DNA of 63,320 nt, the filler included, from Octopus bimaculoides (taxonomy: Eukaryota), in NCBI RefSeq assembly GCF_001194135.2. It is 8 parts of 8 records of this genome, joined end to end, with 100 filler letters (N's around TTAATTAATTAA, not from the genome) between each part and the next. Parts side by side here need not be neighbours in the genome. Positions count along the whole stretch, not along the records: positions 38,067 to 55,486 come from NC_068985.1; 7 more parts are not named here. One strand, written 5' to 3'. This document shows positions 38,219 through 51,694 of this stretch, piece after piece; the first letter of the stretch is position 1, and each line of letters opens with the position of its first letter. The position numbers and the translations under genes are program-made. The notes beneath the pieces are model-generated. The model ran no database searches, was not told where the DNA came from, and saw nothing but the letters and a program-made list of their open reading frames with translations.

Positions 38219-38581
38219 TAATGACAACGTTTCTCTAAAAGAAATGGAAAAACTTTCAAAATACAAAGATCTGGAAATAGAGATAACTCGAATGTGGAAT
38301 CTAAAAACAGAAACAATTCCTATCATAGTAGGTGCCTTAGGTATAATAAAAAAATATTCAGACAAATACATAACAAAGACACCAGGACTTAGAAATATAT
38401 ATAACATACAGAAGAGTGCACTACTGGGTACTGCACACATTCTACGCAAAACACTTTCAATACAGTAAACATAAGAGCACCACAGCAAACCACAGCACAT
38501 ACCCAAGGCTCACAGAGCTGCGATCGGTAGTGAAGTGAAAGCACGTTATAAAAATAAAACTACTGAACAATAATAATAATA
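38219..38581 (+). mobile_element. 5'-truncated R4/Dong-like RLE LINE between two (TAA)n tracts
   Basis: NDNVSLKEMEKLSKYKDLEIEITRMWNLKTETIPIIVGALGIIKK..QKSALLGTAHILRKTLSIQ*; TAA repeats at about 38144-38220 and 38568-38581. Confidence 0.88.
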
Positions 38582-39052
38582 GTTTAAAATTTTGGCACAA
38601 GGCCAGTAAATTTTTGTGGAGGGGATAAGTTGATTACATCGACCCCAGTACTCAATTGGTACTTATTTATTTTATCGACCCCAAAAGAATGAAAGACAAA
38701 ATCGACCTTCCCGAAATTAGAACTCAGAACGTAGAGACTATACGTTATTGACTGCTTAATGTATCATCACTTTCCTAATAGTGAGAGGATTTTAAGTAGC
38801 GGCTGCAAGAATACGCATGCTCAAGATGCTAACATCTTTCGGTAGACGAACACAGAGAGTGCTTCATCAGCACAAGCTGAGTATGTTATTGATAGACACC
38901 GGTGTGACGAAAAGACAGTATTTGAATCGACACGGATGAATTGAAAAGGAACTTACTCAAGGTCATTCACAAAAGTCTTCATGATTACAAACCGAGAAAC
39001 GTAATCCTCAACCATGCATGCTTGAATGAAGACAGACAAAGGGACACACACA

Positions 39053-39136
<84 letters not shown>

Positions 39137-42100
39137 TAAACTCAGACACACAGACACAGATACATAAGAGCGCACTGCAACTTCAATAATAGTTGCTTAT
39201 GTGTTTGTGTCCCCGTTATTTAGCAATCCAATAAAAATACGGAGAGAATAAGTACTCTTTACTCTTTTACTCTTTCACTTGTTTCAGCCTTTTGACTGTG
39301 GCCATGCTGGAGCACCGCCTTTAGTCGAGCAAATCGACCCCAGGACTTATTCTTTGGATGCCTAGTACTTATTCTATCGGTCACTATTGCCGAACTGCTA
39401 GGTTACGGGACATAAACACACCAGCATCGGTTGTCAAGCGATGTTGGGGGACAAACACAGACATACAAACATATACACACATACATATATATATACATAT
39501 ATACGACAGGCTTCTTTCAGTTTCCGTCTACCAAATCCACTCACAAGGCTTTGGTCGACCCGAAGCTATAGTAGAAGACACTTGTCCAAGATGCCACGCA
39601 CTGGGACTGAACCCGGGACCATGTGGTTGGTAAGCAAGCTACTTACCACACAGCCACCAGATATTTTATTTTTTATGAATAACTATTACAGTTGATTTGT
39701 TCGACCAAAATATATAAATGCTACGGCTCGGTATGGTCATTGTCCAGTGACTAAAACAGGTGTGTATGGAAATACGAAACTACTACTGCAATGTTGTTTC
39801 TAAATTACTCCTCTCCTAAAAAGGAAACCACTAATGACGTCAATGAAAATATTGGGTGTTGTTAGCAACTGGGCATATATCATTGTATTCATTATCACTT
39901 TCATTAATAACAAAAATATCAAATTTCAGATTTTCAGTAATTCGGTTGACAATTTCTCATCAAGTAACTCTATCCTACAATAAGGAAACTACGTAGTCAA
40001 TACGTGAGCGAGAAATATAAGTTAAATATCATTGTAACTGTATTTTTAATGCATTAGCTTACCAATCTACTTCTTAACAATTTTACTTCTTATCAAGTCG
40101 CATCGTAAGCATTGGAATGTTACACTGTTATTTAACCAGGAAGTTGCACGCCCACTGTCTCGGTTTATCACATTATGCGTAGGCTTTGGTAACCAAACAC
40201 ACACAAAAAATCAAATAAAAGCAAAATAGTCATTGTATAATTTACATACATCAACGGATATCTCCACTGTTCCTACAATAACAAAGCAATCTAGTCAGCA
40301 ACATATATAAAATGGAAAGCATTACGTTTACGTCAGAGAATTACTCAATCCAGCTATAGATTGATTTAGCGATGTGCCATATAAGAATATATGAAATTTA
40401 TACCGAATCACAACACCTCGAGGAGCAAAAACTTGGAAAGGAGAAGCCATATTATACAGTAAAATAGTAGTGTCATTCATATCTAGAAACCACCAAAATA
40501 TTAATACTAAGTATTTCAATGACACACAGCGAAACTACGAAATAATCAGCTTAGAAGATGTAAAGTGTTTAAAACAATTATCGCCACATCTACATGAAAG
40601 TATACTAGACATAATCACACATACAAAACATCGCACTGTTTCCTGCTACGTAACTTCAGTATAACTCATTCTTGTAATGTTAATGACAAATGCTGAAAAT
40701 ATCCATTTTCTTCGGTCTAGTAGATATTAAGCTGATGAACTACATCGGAAAATACTTCGAAAACCGTACATGATCCCCACACTGACTCATTCAGATAAAC
40801 ACTTAAATCAGACTCAACATTATTAATGAGATTCATTTCAGGTCTTAAAGATAAATGATTCGACAAACCAACAAACGGCTAGTAGATGACGAAAATGAGG
40901 ATATTTACGTAAATGGTGTAAATATCCTCCTTTGACTGACTGAAATTATCTGTATTCTGATTGTTCAGAGGCAGAATTACAAACGAAAGTTAACACGAAA
41001 ATAAACACTGTCTTATGCACATGAATTTCAGGTAGTAATTCCACAGCATAGTAGTTATATACGGAAACTAAAACAACATAGCAATGTTATAACGCTTACC
41101 GCAGATTTTCTATATTGGTGGACGTGCAGCTGAAGATCTTCACGATTTTGCATAAGAATTTGGTTTAGAACTCATTGGCAGTATTCATTTAGGTACAAAT
41201 GTCGACCTACTGGGAACGCAGTGCCGACATGTGTTTTGGTGTGACTTGAAACAGGAAGTTGTGGAGCAGAGTCTGCAACGATTCTTATTTCAGTTTAAGG
41301 AGAAAAAGCGATGTGTTGAACTCTACATGTCAATTATATAATTCAGAAGGACTGACCATGCTATATTTTATATACGACAAGGAGCCACATTCCGCGATAT
41401 TCTGTTTCTAAACTCTGACAATATAGATGTTCCGATATGACGAAAATCCCGCCACTCTACATCTCACTTAAACTAAAGTGGTATTAATCAAAAACATTCG
41501 CAATCACTCAAAATCTTGCAATTCAATAAAACCACGTATCTCTCCGAGGGAAAACCTATTCTTAGCATTGCTAGGACTCTCTCCTCATAACTGTTCCTTC
41601 TATTTAGAGCCAGAAGATGTTTCAGTCTCCAATGGGTTCTGACTCTATAGAAGGCTTAACTGAGACCCAGAATGAAATAATGCTTTGCAATCAGGGATGC
41701 ACATAGATGAGATGGATCCTTTCCATAATAGAACAGTTTGACTGATTGCCACCCATCACTAAGTCCAGACTCTCGTATTCGCCCTTCCTGTTACCTCTCC
41801 GTCTTTTTCATCGCTACTGAAATGACCCCTGTTTCTCAAATCCACCTCGGGTGCACCGCCGTCCTTCTCGTATTTTCACTTGCTTATATCCTTGGTGAGT
41901 AACAATGCTTTCACCGCTGTAACCACTATGCAAAATCATTCATTCGCAACAACTCAGCAACCAAAGAAGATCTAAGTATATAGTGGTAAGTCTTCTAGAA
42001 ATAGCATTTATAACATTCAAGAACCTATTAAGCTCTCTTAAAAAGGAAATACACAGTTGATAATGTTTTTATAGACGCATGTCCAGAGGTTATTCGTAGG

Positions 42101-42766
42101 AATCTACACGAAGGCTATAGACAACGTTTTTCATCCTATCCGTAATTTATAAGGATTTTTATGAAGTCGAAGATGAAGTGTAACAAGAAACAATGATATA
42201 AACAACAACAGCCGCACAAGTACCATAATCAATATAGAACTTATATGGACGTTTTACTTGCTAAAGACAGAAACCAAATATTAGTTAAGTCAAACGTCAT
42301 TCACCGTTTTACGGAAATGGAATATTGGATTACATTTTCTGGAACTTCCCGTACACAGAATAAAAGGCAAGGTTATCTCGGATGAAATATTTCTTGACAA
42401 TAGTTCGGCACGTTCAAAGTTGACATGAGATATAAGCAACAATTACTATATACGCAACAATAAGAATCAAAAGCATATAACAGTTTTAAAAAAGAACAGC
42501 ATCAACTGCGATAATACTTATTATATACAAAATACTTATTATAGGGAGCCAGACGATTACATTGACCTTTCTAATTAAATTGTACTTATAGGCGTAGAAG
42601 TGGCTGTGTGGTAAGTAGCTTGCTTACGAACCACATGGTTCTGGGTTCAGTCCCACTGCGTGGCACCTTCAGCAAGTGTCTTCTACTATAGCCTCAGACC
42701 GACCAAAGCCTTGTGAGTAGATTTGGTATACGGAAACTGAAAGAAGTCCGTCGTATATATGTATAC

Positions 42767-42800
<34 letters not shown>

Positions 42801-45345
42801 TTGTGCGTCTGTCTCCCTCCCCCCAACATCGCTTGACAACCAATGCTGGTGTGTTTATGTCACTGTAACTTACCGGTTCGGCAAAAGAGACCAATAGAAT
42901 AAGTACTAGGCTTACATAGAATAAGTGCTGGGGGTCGATTTGCTCGACTAAAGGCGGTGCTCCGGCATGGCCACAGTCAAATGACTGAAACAGGTAAAAC
43001 AGTAAAACAGTATTTATCAAGAACGAAAGGATGAACGGCACGATTGACCTCGGCAGACATTGAACTCAGAAAGCGAAGACAGACGACACGCTGATTAGCA
43101 TTTTGTTCACCGTAAAAGGGACTCTGCTAACGCACCGCCTTTCCAGAACATCAAAAACAATATTAACTACTAATTTGAATCACAGTATTTTGAATGTAGC
43201 TAATACGTTCTTGGAAATCGCTTTGCATTTTCTTAGCAATGTTCTCCAGAATATTGGTTGCCATTTAATCCAGATATACATTATCTGTATTCCTACATGG
43301 TATTATTGTTGTTGTTAATAAGTTTGCTGCTATTGTCATCTTTATGTTGTTGATACTTCTGTAGATATTTGCATTTTTGTTTGTGTTGCTGTCATGGTCA
43401 TTGACTTTGTTTTTGAGTTCGTTTCTTAGCTTCATGTGTAGTACCCTGATCCAGGAGAATCCTAATCAACAATGTGGCTGCTATCTGCTTGCATAATTAT
43501 TGAATATTCAGAGGAAAACTAGCAGGAACTTTGAAAGATTTTGAAATTCTTTGAGGTTGATGATTGGAAGGAAGAAATATACTTTTTCTTATGAGAACTG
43601 GCTCAAATGTAGACAACATCATTTGCTTGCCGTATTTTCGTCTACCTGTCCAGGTATATATTTCTATCATTCCATCAAGCGTCTGTCGCATTGTATCACA
43701 TATTTTGTACGACCATATCTGCAATCTTATTCTTTCCATCTATTTATAAGTGTAAGGTATTATATTGTTTCATTTGTTTCTCATGAAATATAACACCATC
43801 CTTCCTTCACACTGTATCACTCTCTACCTCTACTCAACCAAACAAGTTTTCTCCTCTTTCGAAGCATTTGTTCTTATATCAAAAATTTTAATTATTGTGT
43901 ATCTCGTTTTCTCATTCATCATTCTTCTACACCATCTATACACAACACATATTCACTTTATAACCGTCCTTTCATCCAAGCGTTCCAATTCATATCTCTA
44001 TTTAACCTCTCTTTATATTTACTTATCTATTCAAAATACATAAACAAGAATACATTGAAATGTATTTGCAATTCCAAACTCTAACGCTCTTCTCTTCCTC
44101 TCATTTTATCCAACTCCTTCTTACATACAACGTAGCCCTATTTCGTCTGCTATAAAATATATTACAAATATCAAAAATGTTACTTATGTTACAGCATATG
44201 ACAATTTTCAAGATTGCAATATTATTTCAAGCATAACATTTTGAACATTCCTTCGTGTAATGAAAAATGTGTTTTCTCTACGTATTCTCTGTCGTAACCC
44301 ATTGGGGTTTACATAGTATTCCTTAGAAACTCATACCGACAAAAGATGATTGTCACATGTCTTAAATACGTAACTAAAATAAAAAGAATAATAGGTGTGT
44401 CGCGAAATTTGATAGATCCCCTTAAAAGTGCCTACAGGGAAAAAGGTTAAATATCAGAAACTTGTTTCAAAAATATTATTATAAAGTATATTAAGCCGTG
44501 TCTGTTGACGTTGTAAATACCACAACAAGTTTGAGAATGTAACTAGGATGTTAATCTGAGCTCTATAATAAGGAAATCGTAGTCTTTTCATTCTGAACGT
44601 CGTAGCTGACGGAATAAATACAGAAGATTCTCACTAACGCTAAGTGAGTCGTTTGCGTTAAAGGCAAACTAAATTATGTATGAATCCTCAAATCAACTTA
44701 AGTGTATATACAGATAATAAGTAAAGCTATGTATAATTCATAAATTGCTCATTAGCTTATTTTATGGGTGTTATCCTGTTCCTTCTTTTGAATCACTCCA
44801 TGAAATCGATATTTATATCTCTTAACTAAGTGAAGCCTACCATTTATAATTTATAAATTGCTCATTATTTTATCTTGTCGATGTAAAATTTGTCTCATCT
44901 TGAAACACTTCATAAGATTGATATCTCCATAGATACTCCGTCAGACAAAAGTGTAATGCATTCCTTGAAGGTGTGTAGCCTGCTTCAGTTTATTTTCAAC
45001 GCGCAGCCCAAAAGAAAGTTATGTTGCCATCCATCCATTGAATTAAACTCGTTCGTATTATCAAATCAACTACACGTTACTGTTTCGTAAAAAATGCAGC
45101 ACCTAAATATTCAGTATAAATGCGCACGCACTTATACACAAGTACACGTACTTACACACGTGCGTATATGTGTAGATCACTGACCACTACACACATTCTT
45201 TTCTCTACTTGTTTCTTTCTGTGTTCCTTTCTGTGGAAGAGCGTAGGCTCGAAACGTTAAACACTCTTTCAATTCCCGAGTGTTATACTAATACATCTGT
45301 TTGTTTTCTAAACCACCAGTCTTCGTCTGTTGTTTTTTTGTGAAT

Positions 45346-45398
<53 letters not shown>

Positions 45399-45457
45399 NN
45401 NNNNNNNNNNNNNNNNNNNNNNNNNNNNNNNNNNNNNNNNNNNNNNNNNNNNNNNNN

Positions 45458-45534
<77 letters not shown>

Positions 45535-48500
45535 GGGAGAGAGACAGAGAGAAACAGACAGAAGGCACGCAGACAGCGGAGACACAGATAGAGAGAGATA
45601 AGGTGTGAGAGATACAGGCATACATACACGAATGTTGCTATATTTTAAGCTAATGGCAGAAGAAAGCACCACAGGTGTTTAGGGAAACTGAAACTCGAGT
45701 CGGGAGACAAACTCTCACTTTTATGTATATTTATCTTCTATATTTTTCTTGTTTCATTAATTAGACTGCCGTCATGTCGGAGCACCACCTTCAAGAAATG
45801 AATTGACCCCAGTTCGTATTCCTGGTAGGAATTATGTGGATAGCGGGTTACTGCCTATAACCTTAGGAATCCTGATAATCTTTGCTGTCCCTAAGAGACA
45901 AAAATATGTGCGTGCATCTGTGTATGTGCGCACACGTGTTTGTGTGCAGGACTGATTAACTTGTAGTTCTGATTGTAAAATATGTTGGCCACCGGTAAAA
46001 CACAGAGCCAATCGGTCTCGTTGCATGGTATATAATCATGGGAGTGTTTTATTGTAGATAATGTTGAGCATTGCGACTGAAACACTAAGCATAATTGTTG
46101 GAGCTAATAATGTGGTGAATTTGAAGAATCATTGTTGCGTCGGCAAATTATACCATTTATCTTCGATTTATAGCTTCATAATACAAATTCTCGCCAAGTA
46201 TTGCATCTCGCACTGCTCTCGCGAGAACGATTGACTGGTGGAATTATTAAAGCATCAAACAAAATACCTTGCATGATTTCCGGCGCTGTTGTATGTTTTC
46301 AATAAGATGGACTAGAATTCACAATATAAAAATGTTGGGAATCATCTGATCTTTTAACAGTACACCCATTATTCACCCGAGTGTTTTCGCTACCTTTTAT
46401 TAGTAATTGATATCAGTTCAAAGATCTATTACCTGGTCCTTAGATATACTCCTCTGACTTTAATTCAAGTACTTATTGATCATTCAATTCCTTAAACTAT
46501 TTATTTCTTTTATGCTAAAATATTCATCAAATATTTCAGGTATACATTATTTTGAACATAGGGAAGATTTGTGTTGAATATTTGTTTCTGTAAGCGGAAA
46601 TTTAATTTCTGAAATCATTACCTTCTTTCTTCCTAATTTTCCATAGGGCAATCAGCTGCACAAATAAGAATTCTTTATTCAATAGACATACCGATATAAT
46701 TCCATTTTAGGTATGAGAATAATTCAATTAATTGTTATCAGTAGCATTAGCGTTTTGCAAACAAATAAATTCCATTCAATGACCTGCATACAAAAGGAGA
46801 ATGAATAATTAGTTTACGAATCTGAAACAAAAAAAATATGAAACGGTTAATCAAAACAAAAGCATGTATTCTCTTTTTCTGTTTGGTACAGTTGTTATAA
46901 AGAAAAGCTTCATGGTGGCATTCTAGACTTAGATTATCAACATGTTTTGTATTAGTTTTAGTTGTTATTAAAATATGTCATACATCTCTAGTTGAGGAAT
47001 AACCAACATTGGTAGGGATTCTAAAAAAAAATGATACTTAATATCCTCTCATAAGAGGTCTGGGACCTGACAGGATCGTCACCGCGCCGGCCAAAATGCT
47101 TAACGGCATTTCATCCGGCTTTATTTTCTGAGATCAAATTCCTCTGAGGTCAACTTAGCTTTTCATCTTTTCGGGGTCGATAAAATAACTACCAATTAAG
47201 CATTGGAGTCAATGTAATTGGCTTATACCTCCCCACGTAAAATATTGGCAGGCCGTATGCCAAAATTTGAAACCAATATACTTTCAAAACGCATGATTTT
47301 TCACATCATCGCATCTACTCTAAGCAACAGTAGAATATTCTGCTAATTACAATCAGCTCATAATTGTCTAAATTATTTTGGACATTTGCATCGATTCGCC
47401 CTCAGTGTGGGCCAAGTTTTAGAAAGTTGATAACATGAATGAAATTCAAGTTGAAGGCTACAAATGCAGAGGTGAATGAATCGTCGCATGAAGATAGATG
47501 GTATCGAGTTACATTATTAGATTAATTCCGTAAACGTGTGATAGCAGTGTAAAAGTCAATGGAGTTTTATCAATCACATATTGAATTAACCAATACGATA
47601 ATTAAAAAGAAATCATCGTGAGCGAGAATTATTCGATTACAATGTTGCTTTCACATCGATTTTCAAGTATGCTCCAAAAAGATTGTCAAACGTAAATATT
47701 TACATACGGACATTAATAGTTGTATAATACTAGCTCTGTTGATTTCACCATCCAGAGTTCCATTCTTCTACAAGATTCTGCATCATACTAGAGAAGGGTG
47801 TCATTTTTGGATTCCATAATCCTCAGTAGTATGGTATATAAATATTAATACATTTGTAAAGAAATACTAAAATAAAGGATTGCTAAATCTAGATACTTAA
47901 CATATCTCTAACTCAGACCAGCTAAATGAATTATACAAATTTCCTTTTTCGAACTAAATAATAACATGTCTGTCTAATGCAGAGTATTAACTATTACCAA
48001 TAGTAAATAATTTGTAAGTGAGGACAGAAAAAACTTGCTAAGGACTGTGTTACATGGTAATAGATTCACAGGCAGCAGATGCATTTTCAGATACATGAAT
48101 CACCGTCGACATGCTTTCAACATAATCCGATAGATAAAGAAAAAAAACTGTGAACTGTCATGTGACCCTGCACCGACGCCATTACTTTGAGGAATTTCTC
48201 TGAAACGGTAACAGCATTCCATAATGTAGTTAATAATCTGTATAATGACATAACATTTTAACCGGTACTACCTGGATGAAAGGGATATTGTTGTACTTAG
48301 GCGTTATTACGGCTTACACTTTTGACTACGTAATGTGGAATTTCTCCCAAGGGAAAAGGAAAATAACGTTTCCTCTTTGAACTTCCTACGAAACGGAACA
48401 AAAGAAGAAATTAACATAGACCGAACATGTAATAACTCTTTGCTCAACTGAATTATTGCCACGGTATTCGATTATTTACATTGCTGCTCGAGAAAATAAC

Positions 48501-49562
48501 AGGAAGGAAATCATTTTGACGTATCAATATTTATAGTAACAAATCATTAATCTAATTAAAACCATATATTAAATTGCAAATGTTAGCAATATGCAAATTA
48601 ACATTGGACGATGCTGTATATTATTTTTTGTCTTAAGTTCGTAGCATGCTTTCCGTTTTATAGCTAAACTATGAAATTGCAATTGTATGATTTTATGCTC
48701 CTGGGGCAATTTTAGAAGCCACACATTCATTCTGTTGTTTTTATAATCAAAAGACGCTGCATAAAATTCGGTGAATAATGTATATGTATATAACGAGAGT
48801 TATCCTTCCTGAGAGGTCCCAGATTTCATGACAGCGGTTGTTTGAATAATCATTTCATTCACTTGAAGACAGAAATTGTTGAGAATGTCGAAGGAACATT
48901 AGTAATTACTGAAACAGTCAATACCAAAAGTCAATACCGATAGTGAGTGAAATTACAATTGTAACCGTAGTATAACTTCTGCCCTGCAATGAATTTTTTT
49001 TTTTTTTTCTTGTTACTGAAAATTAATATAAAAAAGGGCGGATAATTGATCAAACCTGTCACTGAGTTTTTCAGATATCACGTTTATTTCTATAACATTA
49101 CATGCATAATGCTCAGTGTTTTTTACTGTAACTATACTGCATAGTTAATTCAAGTTTACCAGAAGCATATAAATACACACTTCCAAAGTTAGTCTAATTT
49201 CAATAAAATCATATTATCTGTAAAAGATCGGATTTCTTTCGAATTCATTGACCAATAACTTTATATACTAGTCATCAATCAATAAAGTAATTTTCACATG
49301 ATTTTTTGAAATCCAATTATTGATATGGTCCTACAACTAGCAATTATATAGCAGCGAATAACAAGAAAAAAAATTAGGAGATAAAAAGCATTTGGCGGAG
49401 ATTTTCCATTATTAATTTCATTGCTGTCTCATGCTTTTATAGAATTAGACTTTCAGCAGACAGTAAACAGAAACAAGATATTGTTGTATTCTTATCTTAA
49501 GGATGGTTTCGGAATAATAGTACTAGAGGAAAATCTAGCGTCTGCGCGTGAGTAGGTATATA

Positions 49563-51185
49563 CAGGGTGCGATGGGTAAATTGTCGCTATGTTTTTTTTT
49601 AAAATTTTTTTTTTGTAAATTAGAATTGTTTCTTTTTTATTTTGTCGACTAAACAGTATAGTAAGGTTAGTTGGGTATTGTCTATGAGACAAAAAGCACC
49701 ATGACGCAACTCACTCCGCCAGAAATGTCGAAACGACATACTGTACTGCTTGACATTCGTGCCGGAAGCTCCAATATGAATATTTCAGAGTGTTTGGTTG
49801 TCGATCTGAGGACAGTGCAGTGGATTCGGAAAGAATTGGAAGAGTCGGATGGGGATTACGAATGTACGGCAGCTCCAAAAACTCACTCTGATCGTTCTGA
49901 TTAAAAGAACTCTTGAATTTGCTGGTGAGATCCAGGCCATGATTGACAATAACTCCTCGAAGTGAATCAGGTCAATCGCCAGGGACACGGGAGTGTCTGA
50001 GTTTCTTATCAAGTAGGTAGTGTATGAGGACATTCCATATTCCTCATACAAGATAAGAAAGGGACAACTTTTATTCCAAACCATCAAGGACAAGAGCAAA
50101 GACCGCACTGCGAAGTTTTGTACAAACTCAAACACATCATCCAACATAAGAAAAAAATCTTTTTTTTTTCTTTTCTAGTCTAAGCATATGGCCCGAAATT
50201 TTTGCGGAGGTGGTCAGTCGATTAGATCGACTCCAGTACACAACTCCTACTTAATTTATCGACCCCGAAAGGTTGAAAAGTAAAGCCGACCTCGGCAGAA
50301 TTTGAACTCAGAACGTAAAGACAGACGAAATAACGCTAGGCATTTCGCCTTGCGAGCTAACGTTTCTTATTTCTCTATTGCCCACAAGTGGCTAAACAAA
50401 GAGGAGACAAACAAGGACAGACAAAGTGATTGAGTCGATTACATCGACGCCAGTGCGTAACTGGTACTTAATTTATTAATCTTCAGTCGAGAAAAAGTTT
50501 TTGTAAGGATCAGAAGGTAAACACACATAACAACCGTTGGCTAGCCGTATACCCGAAACATGTTGCCAAGAGTGATAAAAATCAAGTATCCAATCAACAT
50601 CAAGGTGTTTGGAGTGATCACTAGTGATGGCGACGTTATGTCTCCATTCATTTTCCCACCCGAACTCAGACTCAACAGGGATGCCTACATCAAGTGCCTG
50701 GATGAGGTAGTGCTGCCCTGGGTCAAGAGGGTGGATGCTGGAAGACATTATATCTGGCAACAGGACTCTGCACCATGCCACACATACAGGAAAGCCCAGT
50801 CATGTCTGTCAGACAATTTCTGTGACCGCATCATCCCTAACATCTGGCCAACTAGTTCCCCAGACTGCCACCCTCATGATTATTATGTGTAGGGCGCGGT
50901 TGAGCAACGGACAAAAAACAAATCATTGTAATACCTAAAATGAACTGAAGGCAAGGACTACGGCAGCATTCACCAACATAAACAAGGAGACTGTCCAGAA
51001 GAGTGCAGGAGATACTGAAGTCGACTGGAAGCTGTGTTTGAAATCAATGGCGATTTTATTGAATAAATTTACTCTTTAGTATTTCAAGATATTTTTATGT
51101 AATTTTGATAAATGTATCTCTTAAAATGAAATGTCAGCGTTCTTTTCATTTTTGTGAAATTTAGGCGACAATTTATTCACCTCTA
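49563..51185 (+). mobile_element. maT-type (DD37D) Tc1/mariner relic, near full length, interrupted by SINE sequence
   Basis: Left end TA-CAGGGTGCGATGGGTAAATTGTCGC; degenerate right end GCGACAATTTATTCAC near 51165-51185. ATG at 49701; WQQDSAPCHT...WPTSSPDCHPHDY has 37 residues between the two Asp; several stops. Confidence 0.88.
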
Positions 51186-51634
51186 TGTGTGTGTATGTAC
51201 ATAATCTTTTGTTATTTTATTTCTTTCGGTTATTTGAATGCAGCCATGCTGGAGCACCGCCTTTAGTCGAACAAATCGACCGCAGGACCTATTCTTTGTA
51301 AGCCTAGTACTTATTCTGTCGGAATCTTTTGCCGGACCGCTGAAATACGTGGAAAGGCAATAGTAGAAGACACCTGCGGAAGGTGCCGCGCAATGGGACT
51401 GAACCCGTAACCATCTTGGTGAGAAGCACGCTTCTTACGACACAGCTGCCCCTGCGTGGTATGTGTGTGTTTGCTTGTGAATACGTACGTGTGTGTGTGC
51501 CTGTGTGTGTACGTGTGTGTGTGTCAAAGAGAGAGAGAGAGAGGGAGAGAGAGGAAGAAAGAGAGGGAGAGAGAGGGAGAGAGAGGGAGAGAGAGAGAGA
51601 GAGAGACATATATTGTAATGAAACGTAATACGCA

Positions 51635-51694
<60 letters not shown>

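Noticed and set aside
41105-41341. 78-codon plus-strand frame (IFYIGGRAAEDLHDFA*EFGLELIGSI...) faintly like a proprotein-convertase prodomain
   Set aside because: It has an internal stop, the motif spacing is off, and no further convertase exons were found.
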